64,000 nucleotides of DNA from Botryllus schlosseri (Eukaryota): positions 22,010,001 to 22,074,000 of the forward strand of contig CM119371.1 of the NCBI GenBank assembly GCA_051294905.1, read 5' to 3'. Position 1 is the stretch's first letter. Each line of letters starts with the position of its first letter. The notes under the pieces are model-generated. The model did not search any database and was not told where the DNA came from. It saw only the letters and a program-made list of their open reading frames with translations. Positions 24,575 to 35,004 of this stretch are shown here, one piece after another. The position numbers and the translations under genes are program-made.

Positions 24575-27127
24575 ATGAAGTTATTGTTTCGCGTTATTCT
24601 GAAGTTCTGTACCACAAATCACTTGTTCAAATACTTTCGCAAAAGGTACAGTGACCAACAATTGGAGATCCTTAATAAGTTGGTCAGAACTCGGGGGAAA
24701 ATTCGAAATCTACGGTATCATGTAGCCTTTCTTAAGGCTTGTATAAAGAAAAGAGTTGTACCAAAGTTTCTGAAGACGAGGATAGAGAAATCGCGTGCTC
24801 GCATCAACTCCAGGATTGAGAGTGCATTTTTACATGATGAGATCGAGAACAGCGTAAAAGAGATGAGTACCGTAACTCAACGTTGTGCCAAGCTTAAGCA
24901 GCAGGCAGTGCAGTTTTTATCTTATTTTGACCTGATACGGTTTTGTCGTTATATGGCCAAAATTGATGCACGTAAAGAGGATGAGAAGGTACGGCAGAAT
25001 GAGCGTAACATCAACTTGCTTCTCAAGACACGATACGGTACCAAGGCAGTTGCTGGTAGTAAGGTTATTACCAACTTATCGGACTATGAGCTGAGTGACA
25101 CAGAAGAGTTGGTACTATCCCTTGGTCTTGATTTTTCTGTGCCACCGACAGAAATCAAGCGTGAGGAAGTCTTTGCTGAATTTGAGGTATTACTTGGACA
25201 ATTGTCACATCATCACCAGAAATTTGATGATGAAAGCAGAGCTAAGGAACACAGTGAGAAAATTGTGGCCCTTAAAGCCAAACTAAGTAGCTTAGCGCAT
25301 GGTTTTTGTGGAACTCCAATCGACAGAAGTGATTTCACGATGACGTCCGATTGTTACAGGAGCATCAGATCCCTGAAATCCAATAAGTCAATTCACATAA
25401 CCAAACCTGATAAAGGATCTGGTGTAGTCATTTTGAATAAGTGTGACTACATTTCTAAAATGGATTCAATTCTCGGCGACAAGTCTAAATTTGAAATCCT
25501 TGGCCCTGCGTGTGACAATGACAACACCTCCAAGATAGAAGCTCGTATTCAGCGTCTACTATTGACCCTCAAGAAGGCGGGAAAAATCTCTTCTGCTGAA
25601 TACGACGACATCAGACCCACTGGCTCTATTCGACCACGTATGTATGGTCTTCCGAAGACCCATAAATCGAATGTACCCTTACGTCCGATACTATCGATGG
25701 TTGGATCAGCGTATCACAAAGTCGCGAAGTGGATTGCAAGATATCTTGAGCCGGTGAGTTTGTTCTATGGTGGTAACTGCATTCGTGACTCGTTCACATT
25801 TGCTGATACCATTCGTAATGTTGATCTCGATGAGTCCGAAATCTCTATGTGTTCGTTTGATATATCTAGTTTATTCACGAACGTGCCAGTTCAAGAGACT
25901 ATAGAGATTTGTGCCAATGAGCTCTATGGTGGTGTCCTTCCATCTCCTCCATTCTCAAGGTCTTCTTTTGTTAAATTAATGCGATTGATCACTTGTGATG
26001 TCGAATTTAGTTTCAATAACACCATATATACACAGATCGATGGTGTTGCAATGGGATCGCCGCTTGGTCCCATTCTGGCTAACATTTTTGTGGGGTATTA
26101 CGAAAAACGGTTATTCGAAGATATTGATCGACCATTAATGTATCAAAGATATGTTGATGACACCTTCGCCATATTTGAAAATGAATCCCAGTGTGATTTG
26201 TTTCTGAGCAAATTGAATGGTCTTCACCCATCACTGAAATTCACCATGGAAAAAGAGGTTAATAATTCATTAGCATTCCTTGATGTTGTAGTGGAAAAGA
26301 CGGGTGCTAATTTTGTTACATCAGTTTACCGTAAGCCTACATTCAGTGGGCAATACATTTCGTGGGATTCTTTCTGTCCAGTAAAACGTAAAGTAAATTT
26401 GATAAGAACTCTGGTACACAGGGCTCTGATGATTTGTAGTAAAGTCAAACTTGATTCTGAATTGGAGAACATTCGGTCAATCTTTCAGTCAAATGGTTAT
26501 CCCGATCATATCATTAAAATGACCATAGATCGTAAACTCAAAGATTTCAGAAAAGTTAAACCGTTTGGACCTAGAAAATGTCCTGTTTATTTGCATCTTC
26601 CTTGGATTGGGAAAGTGTCCAACAGGTTTGAAAAACAAATTAAATCGTCAGTGAGCCATTGTTTTTCACAAGTAGAACCTCAGATAATCTTCATGACGAA
26701 ATCTCTGATGCCTGCAACGCAAAAGGATGTGCTACCTGCGACAAATCAAAGCAACATAATATATGAATACACGTGCCGATGTGAGAGTCGGTATGTAGGT
26801 CGCACGTCTCAGCGCTTGCAGCAAAGAATTCGCCAGCATGTCCCACGGCAAATTAGAATAAATAATGTTTCTCCAACTCCTTCATCGCAGTCTGTTGACA
26901 CACTGCGTGATTATGATCAAGTTACTGCTTGTAATTCGGCTATTGGACAGCATCTCTTATCCCATCCAGAATGTGCTGATCATTACAATGACAGTCAATT
27001 TTCTATACTCGCTCGTGGCCGTTCTCTTTTTCATTTAAAGGTCCTGGAATCTACGATCATAAAGCTACGAAAGCCGATTCTCTGTCGCCAGAAGGAACGC
27101 CTCTACACTCTTGGAATATTTCATTAA
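24575..27127 (+). CDS. PLE reverse transcriptase / GIY-YIG endonuclease, 850 aa
   Basis: KPDKG, YGLPKTHK..PLRPI, SFDISSLFTNVP, GVAMGSPLGP, YVDD, AFLDV, VYRKPT RT motifs; IIYEYTCRCESRYVGRT..L..RI.QH GIY-YIG motif. Confidence 0.95.
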   Translation: MKLLFRVILKFCTTNHLFKYFRKRYSDQQLEILNKLVRTRGKIRNLRYHVAFLKACIKKRVVPKFLKTRIEKSRARINSRIESAFLHDEIENSVKEMSTVTQRCAKLKQQAVQFLSYFDLIRFCRYMAKIDARKEDEKVRQNERNINLLLKTRYGTKAVAGSKVITNLSDYELSDTEELVLSLGLDFSVPPTEIKREEVFAEFEVLLGQLSHHHQKFDDESRAKEHSEKIVALKAKLSSLAHGFCGTPIDRSDFTMTSDCYRSIRSLKSNKSIHITKPDKGSGVVILNKCDYISKMDSILGDKSKFEILGPACDNDNTSKIEARIQRLLLTLKKAGKISSAEYDDIRPTGSIRPRMYGLPKTHKSNVPLRPILSMVGSAYHKVAKWIARYLEPVSLFYGGNCIRDSFTFADTIRNVDLDESEISMCSFDISSLFTNVPVQETIEICANELYGGVLPSPPFSRSSFVKLMRLITCDVEFSFNNTIYTQIDGVAMGSPLGPILANIFVGYYEKRLFEDIDRPLMYQRYVDDTFAIFENESQCDLFLSKLNGLHPSLKFTMEKEVNNSLAFLDVVVEKTGANFVTSVYRKPTFSGQYISWDSFCPVKRKVNLIRTLVHRALMICSKVKLDSELENIRSIFQSNGYPDHIIKMTIDRKLKDFRKVKPFGPRKCPVYLHLPWIGKVSNRFEKQIKSSVSHCFSQVEPQIIFMTKSLMPATQKDVLPATNQSNIIYEYTCRCESRYVGRTSQRLQQRIRQHVPRQIRINNVSPTPSSQSVDTLRDYDQVTACNSAIGQHLLSHPECADHYNDSQFSILARGRSLFHLKVLESTIIKLRKPILCRQKERLYTLGIFH

Positions 27128-27300
27128 TGTTATGTGTTGTGTTTTCGGTTATTTGTAACCGAATATGTACTCGTTAACGTTTGTTTTGTACCGTTACTAC
27201 CGTATCTAGCCCGTCTACTAGTTGTTTGTTTTTGTTATTATTACGTCATACAGACAAAATAGTTCTTACATTTCGAATTTGATTCACCCCATCACTAACG

Positions 27301-27340
27301 TTCGCTACTGATGAGAGTTAGTCGAAAAGCTTTTAGCGAA
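27301..27340 (+). ncRNA. minimal type I hammerhead ribozyme, copy 2
   Basis: Identical to 24523-24562, +2778. Confidence 0.9.
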
Positions 27341-27352
27341 TAAATTAACAAT

Positions 27353-29905
27353 ATGAAGTTATTGTTTCGCGTTATTCTGAAGTTCTGTACCACAAATCAC
27401 TTGTTCAAATACTTTCGCAAAAGGTACAGTGACCAACAATTGGAGATCCTTAATAAGTTGGTCAGAACTCGGGGGAAAATTCGAAATCTACGGTATCATG
27501 TAGCCTTTCTTAAGGCTTGTATAAAGAAAAGAGTTGTACCAAAGTTTCTGAAGACGAGGATAGAGAAATCGCGTGCTCGCATCAACTCCAGGATTGAGAG
27601 TGCATTTTTACATGATGAGATCGAGAACAGCGTAAAAGAGATGAGTACCGTAACTCAACGTTGTGCCAAGCTTAAGCAGCAGGCAGTGCAGTTTTTATCT
27701 TATTTTGACCTGATACGGTTTTGTCGTTATATGGCCAAAATTGATGCACGTAAAGAGGATGAGAAGGTACGGCAGAATGAGCGTAACATCAACTTGCTTC
27801 TCAAGACACGATACGGTACCAAGGCAGTTGCTGGTAGTAAGGTTATTACCAACTTATCGGACTATGAGCTGAGTGACACAGAAGAGTTGGTACTATCCCT
27901 TGGTCTTGATTTTTCTGTGCCACCGACAGAAATCAAGCGTGAGGAAGTCTTTGCTGAATTTGAGGTATTACTTGGACAATTGTCACATCATCACCAGAAA
28001 TTTGATGATGAAAGCAGAGCTAAGGAACACAGTGAGAAAATTGTGGCCCTTAAAGCCAAACTAAGTAGCTTAGCGCATGGTTTTTGTGGAACTCCAATCG
28101 ACAGAAGTGATTTCACGATGACGTCCGATTGTTACAGGAGCATCAGATCCCTGAAATCCAATAAGTCAATTCACATAACCAAACCTGATAAAGGATCTGG
28201 TGTAGTCATTTTGAATAAGTGTGACTACATTTCTAAAATGGATTCAATTCTCGGCGACAAGTCTAAATTTGAAATCCTTGGCCCTGCGTGTGACAATGAC
28301 AACACCTCCAAGATAGAAGCTCGTATTCAGCGTCTACTATTGACCCTCAAGAAGGCGGGAAAAATCTCTTCTGCTGAATACGACGACATCAGACCCACTG
28401 GCTCTATTCGACCACGTATGTATGGTCTTCCGAAGACCCATAAATCGAATGTACCCTTACGTCCGATACTATCGATGGTTGGATCAGCGTATCACAAAGT
28501 CGCGAAGTGGATTGCAAGATATCTTGAGCCGGTGAGTTTGTTCTATGGTGGTAACTGCATTCGTGACTCGTTCACATTTGCTGATACCATTCGTAATGTT
28601 GATCTCGATGAGTCCGAAATCTCTATGTGTTCGTTTGATATATCTAGTTTATTCACGAACGTGCCAGTTCAAGAGACTATAGAGATTTGTGCCAATGAGC
28701 TCTATGGTGGTGTCCTTCCATCTCCTCCATTCTCAAGGTCTTCTTTTGTTAAATTAATGCGATTGATCACTTGTGATGTCGAATTTAGTTTCAATAACAC
28801 CATATATACACAGATCGATGGTGTTGCAATGGGATCGCCGCTTGGTCCCATTCTGGCTAACATTTTTGTGGGGTATTACGAAAAACGGTTATTCGAAGAT
28901 ATTGATCGACCATTAATGTATCAAAGATATGTTGATGACACCTTCGCCATATTTGAAAATGAATCCCAGTGTGATTTGTTTCTGAGCAAATTGAATGGTC
29001 TTCACCCATCACTGAAATTCACCATGGAAAAAGAGGTTAATAATTCATTAGCATTCCTTGATGTTGTAGTGGAAAAGACGGGTGCTAATTTTGTTACATC
29101 AGTTTACCGTAAGCCTACATTCAGTGGGCAATACATTTCGTGGGATTCTTTCTGTCCAGTAAAACGTAAAGTAAATTTGATAAGAACTCTGGTACACAGG
29201 GCTCTGATGATTTGTAGTAAAGTCAAACTTGATTCTGAATTGGAGAACATTCGGTCAATCTTTCAGTCAAATGGTTATCCCGATCATATCATTAAAATGA
29301 CCATAGATCGTAAACTCAAAGATTTCAGAAAAGTTAAACCGTTTGGACCTAGAAAATGTCCTGTTTATTTGCATCTTCCTTGGATTGGGAAAGTGTCCAA
29401 CAGGTTTGAAAAACAAATTAAATCGTCAGTGAGCCATTGTTTTTCACAAGTAGAACCTCAGATAATCTTCATGACGAAATCTCTGATGCCTGCAACGCAA
29501 AAGGATGTGCTACCTGCGACAAATCAAAGCAACATAATATATGAATACACGTGCCGATGTGAGAGTCGGTATGTAGGTCGCACGTCTCAGCGCTTGCAGC
29601 AAAGAATTCGCCAGCATGTCCCACGGCAAATTAGAATAAATAATGTTTCTCCAACTCCTTCATCGCAGTCTGTTGACACACTGCGTGATTATGATCAAGT
29701 TACTGCTTGTAATTCGGCTATTGGACAGCATCTCTTATCCCATCCAGAATGTGCTGATCATTACAATGACAGTCAATTTTCTATACTCGCTCGTGGCCGT
29801 TCTCTTTTTCATTTAAAGGTCCTGGAATCTACGATCATAAAGCTACGAAAGCCGATTCTCTGTCGCCAGAAGGAACGCCTCTACACTCTTGGAATATTTC
29901 ATTAA
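27353..29905 (+). CDS. PLE reverse transcriptase / GIY-YIG endonuclease, 850 aa, second identical copy
   Basis: Translation identical to 24575-27127. Confidence 0.95.
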   Translation: MKLLFRVILKFCTTNHLFKYFRKRYSDQQLEILNKLVRTRGKIRNLRYHVAFLKACIKKRVVPKFLKTRIEKSRARINSRIESAFLHDEIENSVKEMSTVTQRCAKLKQQAVQFLSYFDLIRFCRYMAKIDARKEDEKVRQNERNINLLLKTRYGTKAVAGSKVITNLSDYELSDTEELVLSLGLDFSVPPTEIKREEVFAEFEVLLGQLSHHHQKFDDESRAKEHSEKIVALKAKLSSLAHGFCGTPIDRSDFTMTSDCYRSIRSLKSNKSIHITKPDKGSGVVILNKCDYISKMDSILGDKSKFEILGPACDNDNTSKIEARIQRLLLTLKKAGKISSAEYDDIRPTGSIRPRMYGLPKTHKSNVPLRPILSMVGSAYHKVAKWIARYLEPVSLFYGGNCIRDSFTFADTIRNVDLDESEISMCSFDISSLFTNVPVQETIEICANELYGGVLPSPPFSRSSFVKLMRLITCDVEFSFNNTIYTQIDGVAMGSPLGPILANIFVGYYEKRLFEDIDRPLMYQRYVDDTFAIFENESQCDLFLSKLNGLHPSLKFTMEKEVNNSLAFLDVVVEKTGANFVTSVYRKPTFSGQYISWDSFCPVKRKVNLIRTLVHRALMICSKVKLDSELENIRSIFQSNGYPDHIIKMTIDRKLKDFRKVKPFGPRKCPVYLHLPWIGKVSNRFEKQIKSSVSHCFSQVEPQIIFMTKSLMPATQKDVLPATNQSNIIYEYTCRCESRYVGRTSQRLQQRIRQHVPRQIRINNVSPTPSSQSVDTLRDYDQVTACNSAIGQHLLSHPECADHYNDSQFSILARGRSLFHLKVLESTIIKLRKPILCRQKERLYTLGIFH

Positions 29906-30078
29906 TGTTATGTGTTGTGTTTTCGGTTATTTGTAACCGAATATGTACTCGTTAACGTTTGTTTTGTACCGTTACTACCGTATCTAGCCCGTCTACTAGT
30001 TGTTTGTTTTTGTTATTATTACGTCATACAGACAAAATAGTTCTTACATTTCGAATTTGATTCACCCCATCACTAACG

Positions 30079-30118
30079 TTCGCTACTGATGAGAGTTAGT
30101 CGAAAAGCTTTTAGCGAA
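30079..30118 (+). ncRNA. minimal type I hammerhead ribozyme, copy 3
   Basis: Identical to 24523-24562, +5556; the array ends 39 nt after its predicted cleavage site (30111). Confidence 0.9.
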
Positions 30119-30389
30119 TAAATTAACAATATGAAGTTATTGTTTCGCGTAAAAAACAAAGTACACTGAAATTTTTTTGATATGTGGAAGAGGCTTAATG
30201 ACACGAAGACACAAGCACATCAATATTTCTACAATATGTCTCGGAATCAAGCAGCCTGTATGGTGATCCAAACATGTGTTCGCTATTTACTTATAAAGAT
30301 TTGATCACAGTACTTGATCATAGTGATATGGTGCCACAGTGAATGGAGGACTCCATCGAGGAACAGCATATTTTAATATAGGGTGTTTC

Positions 30390-30982
30390 CGTCTATGGTA
30401 CTGTATCATGAAAGTGCGCGACCTCTGCACTTATGAAATTGCCAAGACCATGTACCGATATCACCATGGTGAATTCCCTTCTGCTCTTAGCCGCATCTTT
30501 ACGCCATCTGCCGGTGTCCACTCTCACGGAACCAGATCCGCCACTGCTGGAAATATCTTTATACAGAATTTAGCCGCTAGTGTGTGCCAGAGATCCTTGA
30601 CTTTTGTTGGTCCAAGGATTTGGAACTCCTTATCAATAGAGCACAGAGGTTTGTCATTTGCATCATTCTGTCGGAATTTTAAGTCTCAACTCATTTCCAC
30701 ATATTGAGACCTGAGAGTATAATCTGGTATTTATTTTGAACTAGTGTTATAGTTTTTTTTGTTTCTACTACCACTGTTTTGCGATTGCGTTTTGTTGTTT
30801 ATTCTTTTGTTGAAATGTTACTGACCGACAGTTGCATGATATAAATGTTCTAACGTTACGCCTTGACTACAGCTGACTTGAAGACTACACATCTTGATGT
30901 GGTCATATCGCTGTGTTTGTCTTTTTTACATATTTGTGTGAACAACCATCGTACGAATAAAGAATCTGTCTGTCTGTCTGTC
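30390..30982 (+). mobile_element. L2/Crack/CR1-group LINE 3' fragment with (TCTG)n tail
   Basis: MKVRDLCTYEIAKTMYRY...HSHGTRS...SLTFVGPRIWNSL...FKSQLISTY* followed by a 3' UTR, AATAAA and (tctg)n at 30965-30982. Confidence 0.85.
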
Positions 30983-31174
30983 CCAGATCATTATCACAAG
31001 ACGAAATAGACTTGCGTTTTCATAGTCCTTTGCTCATTTTAGAGTTGTCCTAAATTTATGTATCAGCAGTAATGCAAACACTGTAATGCAAAAACTATTC
31101 TTTAGCTTGACAACAAAAACGATTGGAAGATTTCGAATATAAAAAGCTAACGATGCTATAAGACTAGAAAATTC

Positions 31175-33100
31175 CGGGATCCCCTTCTGGTTGTCTTTGT
31201 AAGGATGCTGCATACTGACAGAACACCATATCAGACCATAAGGAGCTGCCAGTGTTAGCGCTAAGATACTCTAGCAATCTGAACGAAACGGAATGTAATG
31301 AGGGAGTGAAAATGTCAATAAGTTGTGTGAAATGGATGGCAGAAACAAGCACATATTTACAAGATAGTTACTACACTGAAACTTATGAAATCGAACCTAA
31401 TGTACACAGACTGCTGATTACGAGATAATATGGGAATTGATATGTAGCCTACTTGCAGCTTGAAATGTTTGTGCAATGAACATAGCATTAGCTCATCATA
31501 CTGTGATACAAAAATTTTAACATCCACATCAAACTGCTTTGTTCTGGTCTGCTCTGTTTTATTGAAGCTAATTGGTGCAGTCCAAACCAGATCTTTCAGT
31601 TAGTAAGCATACGCTTTCATTTAAATGTGAAGGAGAGGCACTCATATTCTCGTAGTGAAACAAGTGAGTATGTAGTGGTATGAAGACCAAAGGCACGCAA
31701 CCATTTATTCAATGCCATCCCAGAAATTAGGCATCCAAAAATGGTGCTCCATAGATATATGTGCTACATACTAGTACATATTTCATTGCAATATTAAATC
31801 AAATTGATGTGCTGGCAGAGTGAATGGACGATTCCACTGAGTAACGGCATATTTTACTATTGGCTTTCCAATGTTACTGTATTACGGTATATTGAAAATT
31901 ATCATCACGGATATCATCTATTCCTTGCTCCTTCATTTCAAAGTTGTTATAAATTTGTGTGTCAACAGTAACATCCAGCAGCTAAATGCGGAAACGGTTC
32001 TTCAGCTCGAACACACAAACAATTCGAAGGATTTAGTACGAAAGTATGGAACATTTATCTGACAATTTATCAAATACATAATGTTAACGATGGTTGCTGA
32101 TTCAAAAAGTCTAGTACATTGGGTGCATTTTGTGTTCACGAAAACTCGGTTCTCGCTGCAATGAATTTTCATAGATATCACAGAAACACCGTACTTGCTA
32201 CCCCTAGCATGAATATATAGTGGATACGATCCATACAAAATCTAAAATTAACACTGGTTAATAGTAAGTAAACACATTTCAGCAGATCTGACATGCATAG
32301 TTTTTGAGCCCAAAATGTATATTTTCATGTATTTCCAAGTTACCAAGCAGGGTGATAGCTTTTTCGTGGACCTGACACTCATAGTCTTTGACTCCAGTAT
32401 GTGTATTTCCATAGATTTTGAAGTCACTAAGCTGGATAAATACTTTTCCGCAGATTTGATATTAATTAGTTTGTGATTCCGGTATGCGCATTCTCATGTG
32501 CTTTCAAGTTATTGAGCAGGGTAAACGGCTTTCTGCAGATCTGCCATGCATAGTTTTCGACAACAGTATGTGCATTTCCATGTCTTTTCAAGTTACCAAG
32601 CCATGTAACCGCTTTTCTGTAGATCAGTAATTCATTAGTCTCTGATTCCGGTTCAAGTTATTGAACCACGTAAACGGTTTTCCGCAGATCTGCCATGCGT
32701 TGTTTTTGACTCCGATGTGCGCATTTCCATGTATTTTCAAGTGAAAAAACCGTTTATACCGTTTTCCGCGACCTGACACTCATTGTTTTTGACTCCAATA
32801 TGTTTATTTCGATGTGTTTTCAGATGAACAAGCCGGTTAAACGCTTTTCCGCAGCTTTAACCCGCAAATGCTTGGAATCCAGTAGGTGTATGTCCGTGTA
32901 ATTTCAAGTGATCAAGCTGGCTAAACGCTTTTCTGCGGATCTGCAACGCATGGCTATCAACTCCAGTAAGAGTATTTCCATTTCTTTTCAAGTTGGCAAG
33001 TCTGGTAAACGCTTTTCCATAGACCTGACCCTCAGTTTTTGACTCAAGCATGTGTATTTCCATGTGTTTTCAAGTCATGAAGCTGGCTAAACGCTTTTCT
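31175..33100. repeat. segmental duplication unit, paralogous to 20290-22250 (includes degenerate finger tail ~32140-33043)
   Basis: Collinear alignment including shared frame-breaking lesions. Confidence 0.9.
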
Positions 33101-34438
33101 GCAGATCTGACATGCATAGTTTTTGACTCCAGTATGTGTATTTTCATGTCTTTTCAAGTCGTGAAGCCGGCTAAATGCTTTTGCGCAGATCTGACATTCA
33201 TAATTTTTGACTCCAGTATGTGTATGACCATGTCTTTTCAAGTTATCGAGACGATTGAATGCTTTACCACAGATCTGACACTCGTAGTTTTTGACTCCAG
33301 TATGTGTATTTCCATGTCTGTTCAAGTCACCAAGATGAGTGAATAGTTTACCACAGATCTGACACGTATAGTCTTTAAATCCGGTATGTGCGTGACCATG
33401 TGTTTTCAAGGTGCCAAGCTGACTGAATGATTTTCCACAGATCTGACACTCGTGTTTTTTGACTCCTATATGTACATGATCATGTGTTTTCAAGGAACTT
33501 AAATGACTAAATGATTTTCCACAGATCTCACACTTATAGTCTTTGACTCCGGCATGTGCATTCTTGTGTGTTTTCAAGTTACTTGGATGATTGAACGCTT
33601 TCCCGCAAATCTGACATTCATAGTTTTTGACTCCAGTATGTGTATTTCCATGTCTGTTCAAGTCACCAAGCTGGGTGAACGATTTACCACAGATCTCACA
33701 TTTGTAGTCTTTGACTCCGGCATGTGCATTCTTGTGTGTTTTCAAGTTACTTGGATGATTGAACGCTTTCCCGCAAATCTGACATTCATAGTTTTTGACT
33801 CCAGTATGTGTATTTCCATGTCTGTTCAAGTCACCAAGCTGGGTGAACGATTTACCACAGATCTGACACTCATAGTCTTTGACTCCGGTATGTGCATTCT
33901 CGTGTCTTTTCAAGTTACCTGAATGAATAAACGCTTTCCCGCAAATCTGGCATTCATAGTTTTTGACTCTTGTATGTGTATTTAGATGTATTCTCAAGTC
34001 AGCGACAAGAGTAAACGTCATTCCACAGATCTCACACTCATGGTTTCTGAGTCCAGTATGTATCCTTCCTCGTGTTTTCGAGTCATTGAATCGCACAAAC
34101 GACCTTCCAAAGATCTGGTGCTCATGGTCTCTGATTCCGGCGTGAGTTATAATGTGTTTTGCTGAAAATGTCTTCCCAGCAAAAGACTTCCCACACATCT
34201 CACGTTCATAATTTTTTTCTTCAGTGCGTGTGTCTCTATGTCTATTCAAGTTGTCGCTCAGATATTTCAAACCAGTGTGCGATAATACATGTTTTTTCAG
34301 TGCATAGATTGCAGCAAAGGATTTTCCGCAGATCTCACATTCGGTATTCCTATCTTCAAGGTGAAATCGCAGGTGAGTTTTCAATCCATCATGACGATAG
34401 AAGCTCTTTCCACGTATCGAGCACATCTTCTTAGTCAT
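33044..34438 (-). CDS. tandem C2H2 zinc-finger protein, subfamily A, 464 aa (13 canonical plus several degenerate N-terminal fingers)
   Basis: Open frame; ATG preceded by in-frame TAA 4 codons upstream; acceptor (ttacag) at 34574-34573; near-exact 168-bp two-finger duplication at about 33554-33889. Confidence 0.9.
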   Translation of the reverse strand: MTKKMCSIRGKSFYRHDGLKTHLRFHLEDRNTECEICGKSFAAIYALKKHVLSHTGLKYLSDNLNRHRDTRTEEKNYEREMCGKSFAGKTFSAKHIITHAGIRDHEHQIFGRSFVRFNDSKTRGRIHTGLRNHECEICGMTFTLVADLRIHLNTHTRVKNYECQICGKAFIHSGNLKRHENAHTGVKDYECQICGKSFTQLGDLNRHGNTHTGVKNYECQICGKAFNHPSNLKTHKNAHAGVKDYKCEICGKSFTQLGDLNRHGNTHTGVKNYECQICGKAFNHPSNLKTHKNAHAGVKDYKCEICGKSFSHLSSLKTHDHVHIGVKKHECQICGKSFSQLGTLKTHGHAHTGFKDYTCQICGKLFTHLGDLNRHGNTHTGVKNYECQICGKAFNRLDNLKRHGHTHTGVKNYECQICAKAFSRLHDLKRHENTHTGVKNYACQICRKAFSQLHDLKTHGNTHA

Positions 34439-34753
34439 TCTTCTGGATTATCCGTAAATTACTTCTTCAAGCATCACACCTCAAACATTCCCTGCTCGTA
34501 AACGAATATTCAACAATAGCTTGGAATGAGCTATTACATAGTATTTAAATTCTTGTATTGTAGCAACCCAGTCTGTAACACAAAAAATAAATTAGCAATA
34601 TCGAATCAGTTTCAAAAAGTACAAAATCCAACCAATGCAAGAAAATCAAACATACAGTAAATGTCTACCAGTTTAGTAGAATTTTTAGGCCTTGTAGTGA
34701 TCGATAAGCCGACAATTCGGACAGTGGCATATTTAAACGAGTCATTCCTGGCC

Positions 34754-35004
34754 GACAAGATAACATAATGGTGAAGCGTCCGGCTACTTGATCGGTAGGT
34801 CGAGGGTTCAATCGACGGCCGGGTTAGACCAAAGAGCTGATTAGTAACAAAGTAATCCATGAATTTCCCGCTTGGCGCACGTGCATTACTGGGATAGCGT
34901 GGAGGGGTGATGCAAGACTTAGACAGCCGTACAAGGCTATATATGCAGTTTCCCTGTCCAGCAGTATATGAGCATCAAGTACTCATGGTATGCATATGCA
35001 CAGA
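34754..35004 (+). mobile_element. tRNA-derived SINE, 3'-truncated copy
   Basis: Diverged copy of 51502-51800; its 3' side is fused to ZF sequence through a CACAGA microhomology. Confidence 0.75.

Larger units (their letters stand above)
23446..30150 (+). mobile_element. Penelope-like element (Penelope/Poseidon-type), 2.41-unit perfect head-to-tail array, unit 2778 bp
   Basis: Left junction TCACCCATCACTGAA equals 26224 (offset 2778); right end after ATGAAGTTATTGTTTCGCGT; identical ORF translations; no TSD. Confidence 0.95.

Noticed and set aside
25095-25286. 63-aa overlapping ORF inside the PLE ORF (also 27873-28064)
   Set aside because: Short alternative-frame ORF with no motif; repeated only because the unit is repeated
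24350-30150. LTR retrotransposon or retrovirus interpretation of the direct repeats
   Set aside because: No gag, protease, RNase H or integrase, no TG..CA ends or PBS; RT + GIY-YIG + hammerhead defines a Penelope-like element
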